Shown one piece after another: positions 9,551 to 19,161 of a DNA stretch of 51,256 nt. Source of the stretch: a virus (taxonomy: Duplodnaviria > Caudoviricetes); IMG/VR virus record IMGVR_UViG_3300049924_000165, positions 1-51,256 of that record; one strand, given 5' to 3'. A program made the position numbers and the translations under genes. The first letter of the stretch is position 1, and every line of letters begins with the position of its first letter. Under the pieces are notes generated by a model, which searched no databases, was not told the DNA's origin, and was given only the letters and a program-made list of their open reading frames with translations.

Positions 9551-10642
9551 ATGCCCGGCTTCCTGAGACAATCCACTGCATCGCAGTCGCGCGCGCTGGG
9601 GCCGTTCGTGGATGACACGGATTTCAAGACGGCGGAAACCGCTTTGACGATCAACAACACCGATATCAAATTGATCGTGAATGGGGCTGCATCGGCGAAC
9701 AAGAACTCGGGCGGGGGCACGCATCGGGCGAACGGCGTTTACGGCGTGACGTTCGACGCGACGGATACCGCGACGGTTGGGGAGATGCAAGTTAGCGTGT
9801 TGGTCGCCGGCGCGCTGCTGGTGTTCGACAAGTTCACGATTCTGGAGGAAGCCGTTTACGATGCGCTGCTCGCTGCGGCTGCTCCGGGGTATGGCGTCGC
9901 GCAAACCGGCGACAGCTTTGCGCGCATCGGCGCGGCGGGCGCGGGGCTCACGGCGATAGACCTTCCCGACCAGACGATGAATATCACTGGAAACATTACC
10001 GGCAACCTCTCGGGGAGCGTGGGGAGTGTGACGGCTGACGTTGGCATCACGCAGGCGGGCGCTGACAAGGTATGGGCGAGCGCTGCGCGCACATTGACGA
10101 GCTTCGGCACGCTCGTTGCCGATGTGGCGACGGCGGTGTGGGGGGCGGCGACGCGGTTACTCACGGCGGGCACGAACATCGTGCTGGCGAAGGGTGTGGG
10201 CGTGACCGGATTCAACGATCCGACCGTAGGCGCGATTGCCGATCAGGTATGGGACGAGGCGTTGAGCGGGCACGCAATAGCGGGATCAACCGGTGCCGCG
10301 CTCTCCGCTGCAGGTTCGGCGGGCGATCCGTGGATAACCGCGCTGCCGGGCGCCTACGTGGCGGGCACCGCTGGCTACATCATCGGGCACATGACGGGCA
10401 GCATTGCGGGCGCCGGCGCGATTACCTGGACCTATACGCTGACCAATTCAAGCAGCGGCCTGCCGATTGCCGATGCAAACGTGTGGGTATCGAGCGATGC
10501 GGCGGGATTGAATATACTGGCATCCGGCGTGACTGATCAGAGCGGCGTCGTTACATTCTTCCTGGATGCCGGCACGGTCTATGTCTGGCGTCAAAAGAGT
10601 GGCTTCAATTTCCAGAATCCCGATAGCGAGGTGGTAGCGTGA
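9551..10642 (+). CDS. Putative virion protein (paralog of 8286..9353)
   Basis: FLRQSTA..LGPFVDDTD..AETALTI N-terminus, repeated A..VW motifs, C-terminal beta-sandwich-like domain (GVTDQSGVVTFFLDAGT). Confidence 0.65.
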   Translation: MPGFLRQSTASQSRALGPFVDDTDFKTAETALTINNTDIKLIVNGAASANKNSGGGTHRANGVYGVTFDATDTATVGEMQVSVLVAGALLVFDKFTILEEAVYDALLAAAAPGYGVAQTGDSFARIGAAGAGLTAIDLPDQTMNITGNITGNLSGSVGSVTADVGITQAGADKVWASAARTLTSFGTLVADVATAVWGAATRLLTAGTNIVLAKGVGVTGFNDPTVGAIADQVWDEALSGHAIAGSTGAALSAAGSAGDPWITALPGAYVAGTAGYIIGHMTGSIAGAGAITWTYTLTNSSSGLPIADANVWVSSDAAGLNILASGVTDQSGVVTFFLDAGTVYVWRQKSGFNFQNPDSEVVA

Positions 10643-11382
10643 GCGGCGGCACTGGCACTGGCACCCCGGCGGTTGCATCCACTTCGCAGACCGTTGCGAC
10701 GCTGACCGGCGCGCCGTTCCTGCTCGAGCGCATCAGCGAGCCGGTGGCGGAACCGGTGACGCTGGCAGAGGCGAAGATTCACTTGCGCACCTTTGCGAGC
10801 GATACATCAGAGGATAACCTGATATCGCAACTCATCACGTCCGCCCGTCAGTGGGCCGAAGAATACACGGGCCGCGCATTGGTCGATCAGCAGTGGCGCG
10901 TGACGGTCAACGGGCGCAGTCCTTCCGTGATCGAACCTGCGCCGGCGTGGGGCAACGTTCCGGCGTTCAGTGCCGCAGGGTGGGGCTGGTGGCAGCGGCA
11001 CCATGAAATTCTGCTGCGGAAGTCTCCGGTCATTGCTTTGACACTATTCGTCACGGCGGATTCAACGGGCGCGGAGACGACGGTTGACGCCGCGACTTAC
11101 GCACTGACGGAGCCGGACTCCCGGCAGCCGCGCATCCTGCCGCTCGATGGCTCCACGTGGAACAATGCGGCGCTAAAGGTGGAGTTTCGTGCGGGCTACG
11201 CCACCATTGCCGGCAGCCCCGTGCTGGCTTCAGACCTGGCCGCAATCCCGGCGCGCTTCAAGCAGGCCATCCTGCTGCATGCCGAAGCGCATTACGACCG
11301 CGATGAGCGGATGATGCAGACATTGCTGACCGCAGCGGAAAACCTGCTGAAGCCGGAACGCATCGAACTGTCGATGGCATAA
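10639..11382 (+). CDS. Head-tail connector (HK97 gp6 / phiE125 gp8-like)
   Basis: EPVTLAEAKIHLR...EDNLISQLITSARQWAEEYTGRALV; IPARFKQAILLHAEAHYDR. Confidence 0.9.
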   Translation: MSGGTGTGTPAVASTSQTVATLTGAPFLLERISEPVAEPVTLAEAKIHLRTFASDTSEDNLISQLITSARQWAEEYTGRALVDQQWRVTVNGRSPSVIEPAPAWGNVPAFSAAGWGWWQRHHEILLRKSPVIALTLFVTADSTGAETTVDAATYALTEPDSRQPRILPLDGSTWNNAALKVEFRAGYATIAGSPVLASDLAAIPARFKQAILLHAEAHYDRDERMMQTLLTAAENLLKPERIELSMA

Positions 11383-11391
11383 GGTGGCAAG

Positions 11392-11568
11392 ATGAAATTC
11401 CTGAGTGCGTTTCTGGATTGGTTATTCCCATCGCGCATGAAGGTCGAGCAGGACAGATGGGCGAAGCTGCCGCCGCCGTCTGCGATTCTTACGTGTGAAG
11501 GAAAACTCTTTCCAGAGCAGATCGAAAAGCTGAAAGCCGAGTGGTATAACCATTACGTCGGAAAGTGA
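11392..11568 (+). CDS. Small hypothetical protein (58 aa, not in the ORF track)
   Basis: ATG 11392 after AAGGTGG; MKFLSAFLDWLFPSR...; stop overlaps the next GTG. Confidence 0.5.
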   Translation: MKFLSAFLDWLFPSRMKVEQDRWAKLPPPSAILTCEGKLFPEQIEKLKAEWYNHYVGK

Positions 11569-12326
11569 TTCTCCGCAGGCTTCAGAATTCCCGCTTCAGT
11601 GTTGTGCAGCCCGAATGGAAGGGCTGCGCCGCGGTTGTCATTGGCGGCGGGCCATCGCTCACTCAGGAGCAAGTGGCAACGGTTTATACAGCGCATTGTC
11701 TGGATAACGTGCGCGTGATCGCGGTCAACGACGCCTACCTGTGGGCGCCGTGGGCGGATGTGAGTTTCTTCGCGGACGCCAGCTGGTGGACGCAGCACCA
11801 TGCAGGCGTTGCGAAGCCGATGCTCCGGCTATCCGCAGAACACATTCGCGCACGCTTTGCCGCGTTCTGCGGCCAGAAGTGCAGTATCGAATCGCAGGTT
11901 GGGAACATCACTGACGACGCGGTGCATATCCTTCGCAATGCGCGCACGGATCCAAAAGGAATAGGCATACATGCAATGGGGTTGTCGCTCGACCCTGGCG
12001 CGCTGATTACCGGCAGGAATAGCGGCTGGCAGGCGACGAATCTGGCGGTTTTGGCGGGTGCAAACCCGATCATTTTACTCGGGATTGATGCGCAGATTGC
12101 CAAGGATGGCCGCACGCATTGGAGTGGCGGGCACCGCGAACCGACCGCGCAGGAATGCTACGAGTGGTATAAGCGGTCCTTTCACGCGGCGGAGACGGAA
12201 CTGAAAGCGGCGGGCGTGACGGTCATAAATTGCAGCCCGCATTCGGCCGTGGATGCGTTTCCGAAAATGGATATTGCGGAGGCGCTGGCGACTTGCGGTA
12301 TAGTAGCGGCACCCGCCGAGGCGTAA
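11565..12326 (+). CDS. Maf/DUF115 (MptE-like) putative glycosyltransferase
   Basis: VVIGGGPSL, IAVNDAY, NSGWQATNLAVLAGANPIILLGID, VINCSPHS...FPK. Confidence 0.7.
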   Translation: MILRRLQNSRFSVVQPEWKGCAAVVIGGGPSLTQEQVATVYTAHCLDNVRVIAVNDAYLWAPWADVSFFADASWWTQHHAGVAKPMLRLSAEHIRARFAAFCGQKCSIESQVGNITDDAVHILRNARTDPKGIGIHAMGLSLDPGALITGRNSGWQATNLAVLAGANPIILLGIDAQIAKDGRTHWSGGHREPTAQECYEWYKRSFHAAETELKAAGVTVINCSPHSAVDAFPKMDIAEALATCGIVAAPAEA

Positions 12327-12374
12327 ACCCCGGCGGGCACCTGATCACCACCGCAGCAGGGGAGACTGGCGGCA

Positions 12375-13181
12375 ATGACTGGCGGCATTCTAACAAGGCG
12401 GTCGTGGAATTTGACGCGCGCCGAAGTTCACTACAGACATCAGTCGTTCAGCGCCGGCCTGCGCGCCGCCGGTTTCGAGGTTTGCGGCGGCGCACCAATC
12501 GGGGCGCCCGGTAACGTCCTATTGATCTGGAATCGGTATAGCGACAGGCACGATCTGGCCTGCCGCTTTGAGGCTGGCGGCGGGACGGTGCTGGTAGCCG
12601 AAAACGGCTACATCGGGCCGGGAGGGGTATCCCCCCACCACATGACGCCACGCTGTATCTATGCCCTGACCCGCAGTTACCACAACGACCACGGGGTAGT
12701 GTGGCAGGGCGCAGACGACCGCTGGACGCCGCTTAACGTCACCACGCAGCCCTGGCGGGCATCCGGGCGGCATATCCTGGTTTGCCCCAATCGGCCATTT
12801 GGCACCCCCGGCAGGGCCATGCCCCATAATTGGGCGCAGGACGTGGCAGGTAGGCTCGGCAAGTTGACGGGGCGGGAGATTCGGATTCGGCCACATCCCG
12901 GCAACGTGCCACCGATAAAGCCGCTGGCTCATGATCTATTCGGCGCATGGGCGTGCGTTATCTGGTCGAGCTCCGCCGGGGTGCATGCTCTGGTAGCCGG
13001 TATCCCGGTGATCTGCGAGGCGCCTTTCTGGATAGGCCGGACGGCCACAAGCCATTCCATTCAGGAAATCGACAAACCCTACATGCTCGAACGAACCACG
13101 ACGTTACAACGTATCGCTCACGCTCAATTCCACGTTGACGAGATCGCCGCCGGCGAACCATTCAGGCGGTTGCTGACGTGA
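12375..13181 (+). CDS. Capsule-synthesis (KpsS/KpsC-like) GT-B glycosyltransferase
   Basis: LVAENGY, IRIRPHP, CVIWSSSAGVHALVAGIPVI. Confidence 0.65.
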   Translation: MTGGILTRRSWNLTRAEVHYRHQSFSAGLRAAGFEVCGGAPIGAPGNVLLIWNRYSDRHDLACRFEAGGGTVLVAENGYIGPGGVSPHHMTPRCIYALTRSYHNDHGVVWQGADDRWTPLNVTTQPWRASGRHILVCPNRPFGTPGRAMPHNWAQDVAGRLGKLTGREIRIRPHPGNVPPIKPLAHDLFGAWACVIWSSSAGVHALVAGIPVICEAPFWIGRTATSHSIQEIDKPYMLERTTTLQRIAHAQFHVDEIAAGEPFRRLLT

Positions 13182-13750
13182 GACGCGGATGGTTCGATAA
13201 GCCCGGCGTGTGGGTGGGCGATCGCACGCTCGCCGAGCAGATGCTTGGCCTTGAGCATGCAGCAGCCGAGGCGGTCGGCAAGACGGTGCTTGATCTTGGT
13301 TGCGCGGAGGGGCTGATAGCTCGCGAGTTTCTGAACGTAGGGGCGGTGCATGTCGTCGGGCTGGATAATAACTTTGACATGATTCAATGCGCCGAAGGGC
13401 TTGGGTTGAATCCGCTTAGTGCGAAGTTCCGGTTTCACAACATCAACGAAATCGGTCCAGATGAAGAACGGGAATGCCACGCCGATATCGTTCTGGCGCT
13501 CGCCGTATTCCACAAGTTACGCGACCCGGCGGTATCGGTGCGGGAGTGGTCACGCTTCGCCGGCACACTGCTGGTTATCCGGCTACCGAAAGGTTCAACA
13601 GGCGAGATTCGCAGCAAGCACTGGAAGCACAACACGGCGAATGTTCCGGTGGTGCTGGATAAGAGCGGTTTCGATCTTGAGCGCGCGTCGCCGGGTCCGC
13701 GCGGCGAACTGGTTCACTATTACCGGAGGCGGCTTGGGAATCGGGGATAG
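13178..13750 (+). CDS. Class I SAM-dependent methyltransferase
   Basis: GKTVLDLGCAEG motif I, VVGLD motif II, DIVLALAVFH. Confidence 0.88.
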   Translation: MRRGWFDKPGVWVGDRTLAEQMLGLEHAAAEAVGKTVLDLGCAEGLIAREFLNVGAVHVVGLDNNFDMIQCAEGLGLNPLSAKFRFHNINEIGPDEERECHADIVLALAVFHKLRDPAVSVREWSRFAGTLLVIRLPKGSTGEIRSKHWKHNTANVPVVLDKSGFDLERASPGPRGELVHYYRRRLGNRG

Positions 13751-14498
13751 CATCATGGAGTCGGGCCATGCGCGCGTCGCGCAGCGCACCGATCCGCGCA
13801 AGGTCCGCATCATGTATCAGGGGCGGCACGCCTGGGATGAAATCTGGCGCAACAATCCGCGCATCGCAACACTGGACGAGGAGGGCGATTTTCAACTGCT
13901 CTACGCGAAGCACCCGCGCACCAACATGCGCGCCTATCACACCGCCAAGGCGCCTACCCGCTGGACGTATAACCTGGATTTCCGTCCCGAAGTGGGCGAG
14001 ATATATCTCACCGAAGCGGAGCGGGCCTTCGGTGCGCAGCATGCCGGGCGGGTTATCATAGAGCCGCATATCAAGGCGGGAGCGAGTCCGAACAAGCAAT
14101 GGGGCTGGGCGCGGTGGAACAAGCTCGCTTGGCTACTATCCGGCGCGGGAATTCGCGTCACGCAATTGGGACCGAACACAACGGAGTTGCTCGATGGGGC
14201 TGACTTCATTGCTACGCCGACGTTCAGGATGGCGGCTGCGGTATTGGCAACAGCGCATGCAGCTTGCCTACCGGAAGGCGCAACTCACCATGCGGCTGCC
14301 GCGCTGGGCATCCCGGCCGTCGTCATCTTCGGCGGTTACATTGCTGTCGAGACAACGGGCTATTCGATACACAGGAATTTGGGCGTGAGCGTGGGCGAAG
14401 CGTGTGGGATGCGGCTGCCGTGCAAGCACTGCGCGGTCGAGATGGCGAAGATTACGCCGGAGCGAGTGTTTACGGAGATGATGGAAATCATCGGATGA
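13734..14498 (+). CDS. GT9 (heptosyltransferase-like) glycosyltransferase
   Basis: TTG start after GGAGG gives MGIGDSIM; NKQW...W, EGATHHAAAALGIPAVVIFG, M..ITPERV. Confidence 0.8.
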   Translation: MGIGDSIMESGHARVAQRTDPRKVRIMYQGRHAWDEIWRNNPRIATLDEEGDFQLLYAKHPRTNMRAYHTAKAPTRWTYNLDFRPEVGEIYLTEAERAFGAQHAGRVIIEPHIKAGASPNKQWGWARWNKLAWLLSGAGIRVTQLGPNTTELLDGADFIATPTFRMAAAVLATAHAACLPEGATHHAAAALGIPAVVIFGGYIAVETTGYSIHRNLGVSVGEACGMRLPCKHCAVEMAKITPERVFTEMMEIIG

Positions 14499-15172
14499 AA
14501 ATCTCCATCCTGTGCCCTTCACGCGGGCGCCCCGACCGGTTCAATGCGATGCGGGCGAGCGCGTGGGCTCGTGCGGACAATCCAGATGAGGTAAGTATCA
14601 AGCTGGCGCTCGATGCGGACGATCCGACTTTCAATAGCTACCCGCCACCGGAGCACACCCAGCACTTTCGCACCCCGCCCGCGTGCCTGTTGAACGCGTT
14701 GGCGCACAAGGCAGACGGCGATATTCTGATGGCGGCATCGGACGATATCCTGTTCCGCACACAGGGATGGGACACGAAGGTTCGGGCGGTAGCGGCGCGG
14801 TTTCCTGATGGGCTTTTCATCGCATCTCCCATGAACGGTGACAGCAGGCGGCGCGTAAACCACTGGTTCACCGGACGGCAGTGGCTGAAGGTATTCGGCT
14901 GGATGGCGCCCGCGCACTTCGAGCACTTCTGCGAGGATGAATGGGTGCAGGCAGTTGCCGAGGCCGCCGGGCGCCTCGTTTACATGGACGACGTTCTAAT
15001 CGAGCACATGCACGCTAAATATGGCAAGGGTGCGAACGACGAGGGCTACAAATCGAAGCGGCAGAGGGGCGCTGATGGTAGTAGCATGAGCGCACGGGAT
15101 ATCGCCAAATTCAACCAGTTAGCGCCGGCGTTGGCTCGGGATAAGGATATGCTGCGGAAGGCGATTGGATGA
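14495..15172 (+). CDS. GT2/GT-A fold glycosyltransferase
   Basis: MKISILCPSRGRP, LDADD, GDILMAASDD, IEHMH. ATGA overlap with the previous gene. Confidence 0.8.
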   Translation: MKISILCPSRGRPDRFNAMRASAWARADNPDEVSIKLALDADDPTFNSYPPPEHTQHFRTPPACLLNALAHKADGDILMAASDDILFRTQGWDTKVRAVAARFPDGLFIASPMNGDSRRRVNHWFTGRQWLKVFGWMAPAHFEHFCEDEWVQAVAEAAGRLVYMDDVLIEHMHAKYGKGANDEGYKSKRQRGADGSSMSARDIAKFNQLAPALARDKDMLRKAIG

Positions 15173-15393
15173 TGTGGACTGATCTGCTCCAGATCGGGGC
15201 CGCTCCCGATCGTAAAGCCTATTTTCAACACTACCGCAGAAAGAACAAGAAACACATTCGCGGCGTTCGCCGCAGATACTACCTGATGAATCGTTCGCGC
15301 ATACTGAAGAAGCACGCAGAGTGGCAACGGGCTGACCCGGCGCGCCATGCCGCGAGGATGCGCAGATGGCGCGCCAAAAGAAAGGCAGCATGA
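15169..15393 (+). CDS. Small highly basic protein
   Basis: Arg/Lys/Tyr-rich, 74 aa, coupled on both sides; resembles the charged helices of phage endonucleases. Confidence 0.5.
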   Translation: MMWTDLLQIGAAPDRKAYFQHYRRKNKKHIRGVRRRYYLMNRSRILKKHAEWQRADPARHAARMRRWRAKRKAA

Positions 15394-17348
15394 AGCGCGT
15401 CTATCTGAACGAATACAACATCCGGATGGAGAAGTCGGCCTACCTGCCGATTGCCACAGGGCTGCTGCGCGCGTTCGCGGAGACTGCGGCAGATGTGCGC
15501 GACAATTACACGTTCGCGCCGTTCAACTATCACATGGATTCGCTCGTCAATATCATGAGCGGATACGATGCGCCGGACGTGGCCGCGTTCTCCGTCTCGA
15601 TGTGGAACGAGCAGTTGAATCTGGCGGTGGCCGCAGAAGTAAAGCGCCGCTGGCCATACTGCTTGATCGTGATGGGTGGACCGCAAGTGCCGCAGCACCC
15701 GCAGGAATATTTCAAGCGTTACCCGTTCCTCGACGTCGCGGTGCGCGCCGAGGGGGAGGAAGCGTTCACGAAGATCCTGCTGCGCAATCTTGAGTCCAGA
15801 AACTTCGACGGTCTGACCGGGGTTTCCTATCGCAAGGATGGCGAGTGCATCCGCAATACGGTGGAGTCGCACCAGCCGAAAGACCTGGATATGTATCCGT
15901 CTCCCTACCTCGAAGGGCTATTCGATGGCGTGATGCAGGATGCCGAACGGCGCGGGATGGGAATGCAGGCCATCATCGAAACCAACAGGGGTTGTCCCTT
16001 CCCTTGTTCTTTCTGCTATTGGGGCCAAGGTGGCCTCTCGCGCAAGTATCGCTTTCACGGCGTCGAGCGCGTGAAGCAAGAGATTGAATGGGCGGCGCGC
16101 AATAAAATCCGCTACCTGTTCAACGCGGATTCCAACTTCGGCATGCACAAGCGCGACGAAGAGATCGCGCAGATACTGGTGGACGTGAAGCGCGAGTATG
16201 GATTCCCTGAGAAGTTCCGGACCTGTTTCGGCAAGAACGCAGACGAGCGTATCTACGAGATTGCGAAGAAGCTGCACGGCGCCGATCTGGAAAAAGGCAT
16301 CACGCTCGCGCTGCAATCGAACAATAAAGAGGTTCTCAAGAATATCCAGCGCCAGAACATCAAGTTGGAAACCTACAAGAATCTGCAAGTGAAGTTCAAC
16401 GATGCGCATGTGCCGGTGTATTCGGAACTCATCCTTGGCATGCCCGGCGAGACGCTCGAAACCTGGAAAGAGGGCATCGAGGCGATGCTGTCCGCCGGTC
16501 TCAAGAATCAGCTATTCATCTACCTCTGCCAGATTTTCCCGAACACCGAGATGGCCGACCCGGAGTATCAGAAGCGGTTCGGCATCGTTACGCAGCGCAT
16601 CGAATTGAACGAGATTCACGGCGCCATCAGGACGCCTGATCTCACGACGGAATACGAGGATGTGATCGTCACGACCAACGCGATGCCGCTTGTGATGTGG
16701 CGCGACATGGTGTTGTTCTCGTGGCTGACGATGGTGATGCACTCGTTGAAGGTAATGTTTTTCGTGACACTCTATCTGGCGCATCGGCACAAGAAACCGT
16801 TTACCGACTTCATCGCCTTCATGATGAAATACGGTGACCGATTCCCGCACATCGCGTCCGAGTTGCGCGAGTTCAATTCACAGATCGACAGGCTGCTGGC
16901 GGGGCAGGGGCGCGGACGCAAGGTGGAGGGTTATGCGCCCATCTATTGGGACGAGGAAGAGGCGAGTTTCCTACGCATCGCGGAGCAGGTCGATCCGTTC
17001 TACGAGGAAATGCTCGACCTGACTCGCTCATATCTGGAGTGCAACGACATCGCGCACGACGAAGCGGAACTGCGGGAGGTGATTACCTACCAGCGTCTGC
17101 GCATCCCGACCGCCCAGGACGAAGCGTTGCGCGTGCATGTATTCAACCAGAATGTCCCGGAGTATTTCGACCGGTTGCTAACGTCCATACCGGTGGAGTT
17201 GCGCGAGAGCATGCAGACCATGACGATTCACTCCCGCCAGTTTCCAGACAAGGGGCGCTTCGCGGTTGAGACGCTGATGTGGGGCCGCAAGAGCGGAACA
17301 ATAATGACGAAGGTGGAATGGAAAGAACTCGAAAGGATAGCTGCGTGA
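15390..17348 (+). CDS. Cobalamin-binding radical SAM enzyme
   Basis: N-terminal B12 domain (PDVAAFSVSMWN...IVMGGP, VRAEGEE), ETNRGCPFPCSFC (CxxxCxxC), ADSNFG, ELILGMPGET. Confidence 0.92.
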   Translation: MKRVYLNEYNIRMEKSAYLPIATGLLRAFAETAADVRDNYTFAPFNYHMDSLVNIMSGYDAPDVAAFSVSMWNEQLNLAVAAEVKRRWPYCLIVMGGPQVPQHPQEYFKRYPFLDVAVRAEGEEAFTKILLRNLESRNFDGLTGVSYRKDGECIRNTVESHQPKDLDMYPSPYLEGLFDGVMQDAERRGMGMQAIIETNRGCPFPCSFCYWGQGGLSRKYRFHGVERVKQEIEWAARNKIRYLFNADSNFGMHKRDEEIAQILVDVKREYGFPEKFRTCFGKNADERIYEIAKKLHGADLEKGITLALQSNNKEVLKNIQRQNIKLETYKNLQVKFNDAHVPVYSELILGMPGETLETWKEGIEAMLSAGLKNQLFIYLCQIFPNTEMADPEYQKRFGIVTQRIELNEIHGAIRTPDLTTEYEDVIVTTNAMPLVMWRDMVLFSWLTMVMHSLKVMFFVTLYLAHRHKKPFTDFIAFMMKYGDRFPHIASELREFNSQIDRLLAGQGRGRKVEGYAPIYWDEEEASFLRIAEQVDPFYEEMLDLTRSYLECNDIAHDEAELREVITYQRLRIPTAQDEALRVHVFNQNVPEYFDRLLTSIPVELRESMQTMTIHSRQFPDKGRFAVETLMWGRKSGTIMTKVEWKELERIAA

Positions 17349-18283
17349 AAGCCTTATTCATCACAACAACAACGAACGAAACCTGCAAGCACTACGAATC
17401 CTTTCTGAGTCTCCCCGGTTCCGAGGTCGAGCTCTACGTCTACCGAAACGGCAAGCCAAAGGGTAGTCGCGAACCATTCATCACCGGAGACGCGCTCGAT
17501 AGCGAGATATACGCTGCCGCAAAAGCCTACGCTCCGCACATCATTGTTTATATCGGCGCGTGCGGCGGCAACGTGCCAAGCATCGCGTTGTTCAAGAGGT
17601 TGGCAACGCAGATTGCGCCGATTGTCCACTTCTGCTCTGACGCCTCGGATGATCCGTGGTGGCCGTGGCTGCTTGAATACGAAAAGGCGCGCTGCTTCAA
17701 TGTTCAGGTTGCGCTGGACGGCAGCAAGAACTGGCCTCTAAATGGTTCGGGGTTGTCCGCGTTGACAGTCGTAGACCCTGGCTTTTTCAAGAACGGCGGG
17801 CGGCGCCATACCGAACGCACCATGCCGTTTGGCTTTGCCGGCAATGTGACGGGCGGGCGCAATTCACTGATCAAGCAACTGATGGCGACGGGGCTAAACG
17901 TGAGGGTGCGCGACACCGGCCCAACGAGCTATCCGGGCTTCGCTGAATATCTGTGCCAGTGCAAGGTGACGGTCAACTTTCCGTGGACCGGATCGGGCCG
18001 GCACATGCACGTCAAGGGGCGCGTGCTGGAATCCGCCTTCGCTGGTGTGTTGTTGCTCGAGCAGCGCGCTGCCCCGACGAAGGAATGGTTTACCCCTGGA
18101 GTCGATTACATTGAATACGATGATGCCGCGAGCGCGAAGAAACTGGCGGACCATTACGCCGCGCATCCGGAGGAATCGCAGCCCATCGCGGACAGCCTTG
18201 CGCGGAGGGTGCGCGCCGAGCATGGGCCGGTGCAGTTCTGGGGCAGAGTGTTCAAGCGCATTGGTCTTGAGGCGCCTGCATGA
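17345..18283 (+). CDS. CgeB-like (Glyco_trans_1_2) GT-B glycosyltransferase
   Basis: FGFAG, KVTVNF, KGRVLESAFAGVLLL, WFTPGVDYIEY. GTG start overlaps the previous stop. Confidence 0.8.
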   Translation: MKALFITTTTNETCKHYESFLSLPGSEVELYVYRNGKPKGSREPFITGDALDSEIYAAAKAYAPHIIVYIGACGGNVPSIALFKRLATQIAPIVHFCSDASDDPWWPWLLEYEKARCFNVQVALDGSKNWPLNGSGLSALTVVDPGFFKNGGRRHTERTMPFGFAGNVTGGRNSLIKQLMATGLNVRVRDTGPTSYPGFAEYLCQCKVTVNFPWTGSGRHMHVKGRVLESAFAGVLLLEQRAAPTKEWFTPGVDYIEYDDAASAKKLADHYAAHPEESQPIADSLARRVRAEHGPVQFWGRVFKRIGLEAPA

Positions 18284-19161
18284 GAGCGTTGATCACCGGC
18301 ATCCATGGCGCGGCGGCGCACTACCTGCGCGAGTATCTGATCGAGCACGGTGATGAGGTTCATGGCATCGGGCGTCCGCAAGTCGAATTGACCGATTACG
18401 CGCAGGTCGTAACCGAGTTACGGGCGATTGCGCCAGAGGTGATCTACCATTTGGCTGCCGATGCTGATGTGCTGGCTTCATTCGAGGATGGCGGGCGAAC
18501 ACTCAGGAACAATATCGACGGGGCGTTTAATGTCCTGGAGGCTGCGCGGAATCTTTCCAAGCAGCCCGTTGTGCAAATCTGTTCGACATCCGAAGTTTAC
18601 GGTGATCCGGAGTTATCGCCAGCCGGGGAAACATGGCCGCTTGTGCCATCCAATCCCTATGCCGTCAGCAAGACGGCGCAGGATCTGCTCGGGCAGATGT
18701 ATGCCAAATGCTATGGCATGCGCGTTGTCATTACCCGCGCGTTTGGCTATGTCAACCCGCGCCGGCGCGACCTGTGCCTGTCGAGTTTTGCGAGTCAGAT
18801 TGTCGCCATAGAGCGCGGCTTGCAGGACGTATTGAAACACGGGAACCTTGATTCCGTCCGCACGTTTTGCGATACACGCGATATTGCGCGCGCCTATGCT
18901 TTCGCTGCCGATCTGCAGGGCGTTTACAACATCGGATCTGAGGCTGAGATATCCATCTGGCAATGTCTGGAAATACTCAAGGGCATGGCGCATCGCCCGA
19001 TCAGGACCGAGCCCGATCCGAAACTGATGCGACCGCTCGACATCAAGCGCTGCGTGCCGGACTGCACGAAGTTTCGCATGGCGACGGGCTGGGAGCCGGT
19101 GATCCCGCTGGAGGATTCCCTGCGCTGGCTGCTCAATTACTACCGGATGACGCCGACATGA
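18280..19161 (+). CDS. GDP-mannose 4,6-dehydratase/Rmd-like extended SDR
   Basis: ALITGIHG, IYHLAA, STSEVYG, NPYAVSK (YxxxK), GNLDSVRTF, DPKLMRP. Confidence 0.85.
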   Translation: MRALITGIHGAAAHYLREYLIEHGDEVHGIGRPQVELTDYAQVVTELRAIAPEVIYHLAADADVLASFEDGGRTLRNNIDGAFNVLEAARNLSKQPVVQICSTSEVYGDPELSPAGETWPLVPSNPYAVSKTAQDLLGQMYAKCYGMRVVITRAFGYVNPRRRDLCLSSFASQIVAIERGLQDVLKHGNLDSVRTFCDTRDIARAYAFAADLQGVYNIGSEAEISIWQCLEILKGMAHRPIRTEPDPKLMRPLDIKRCVPDCTKFRMATGWEPVIPLEDSLRWLLNYYRMTPT

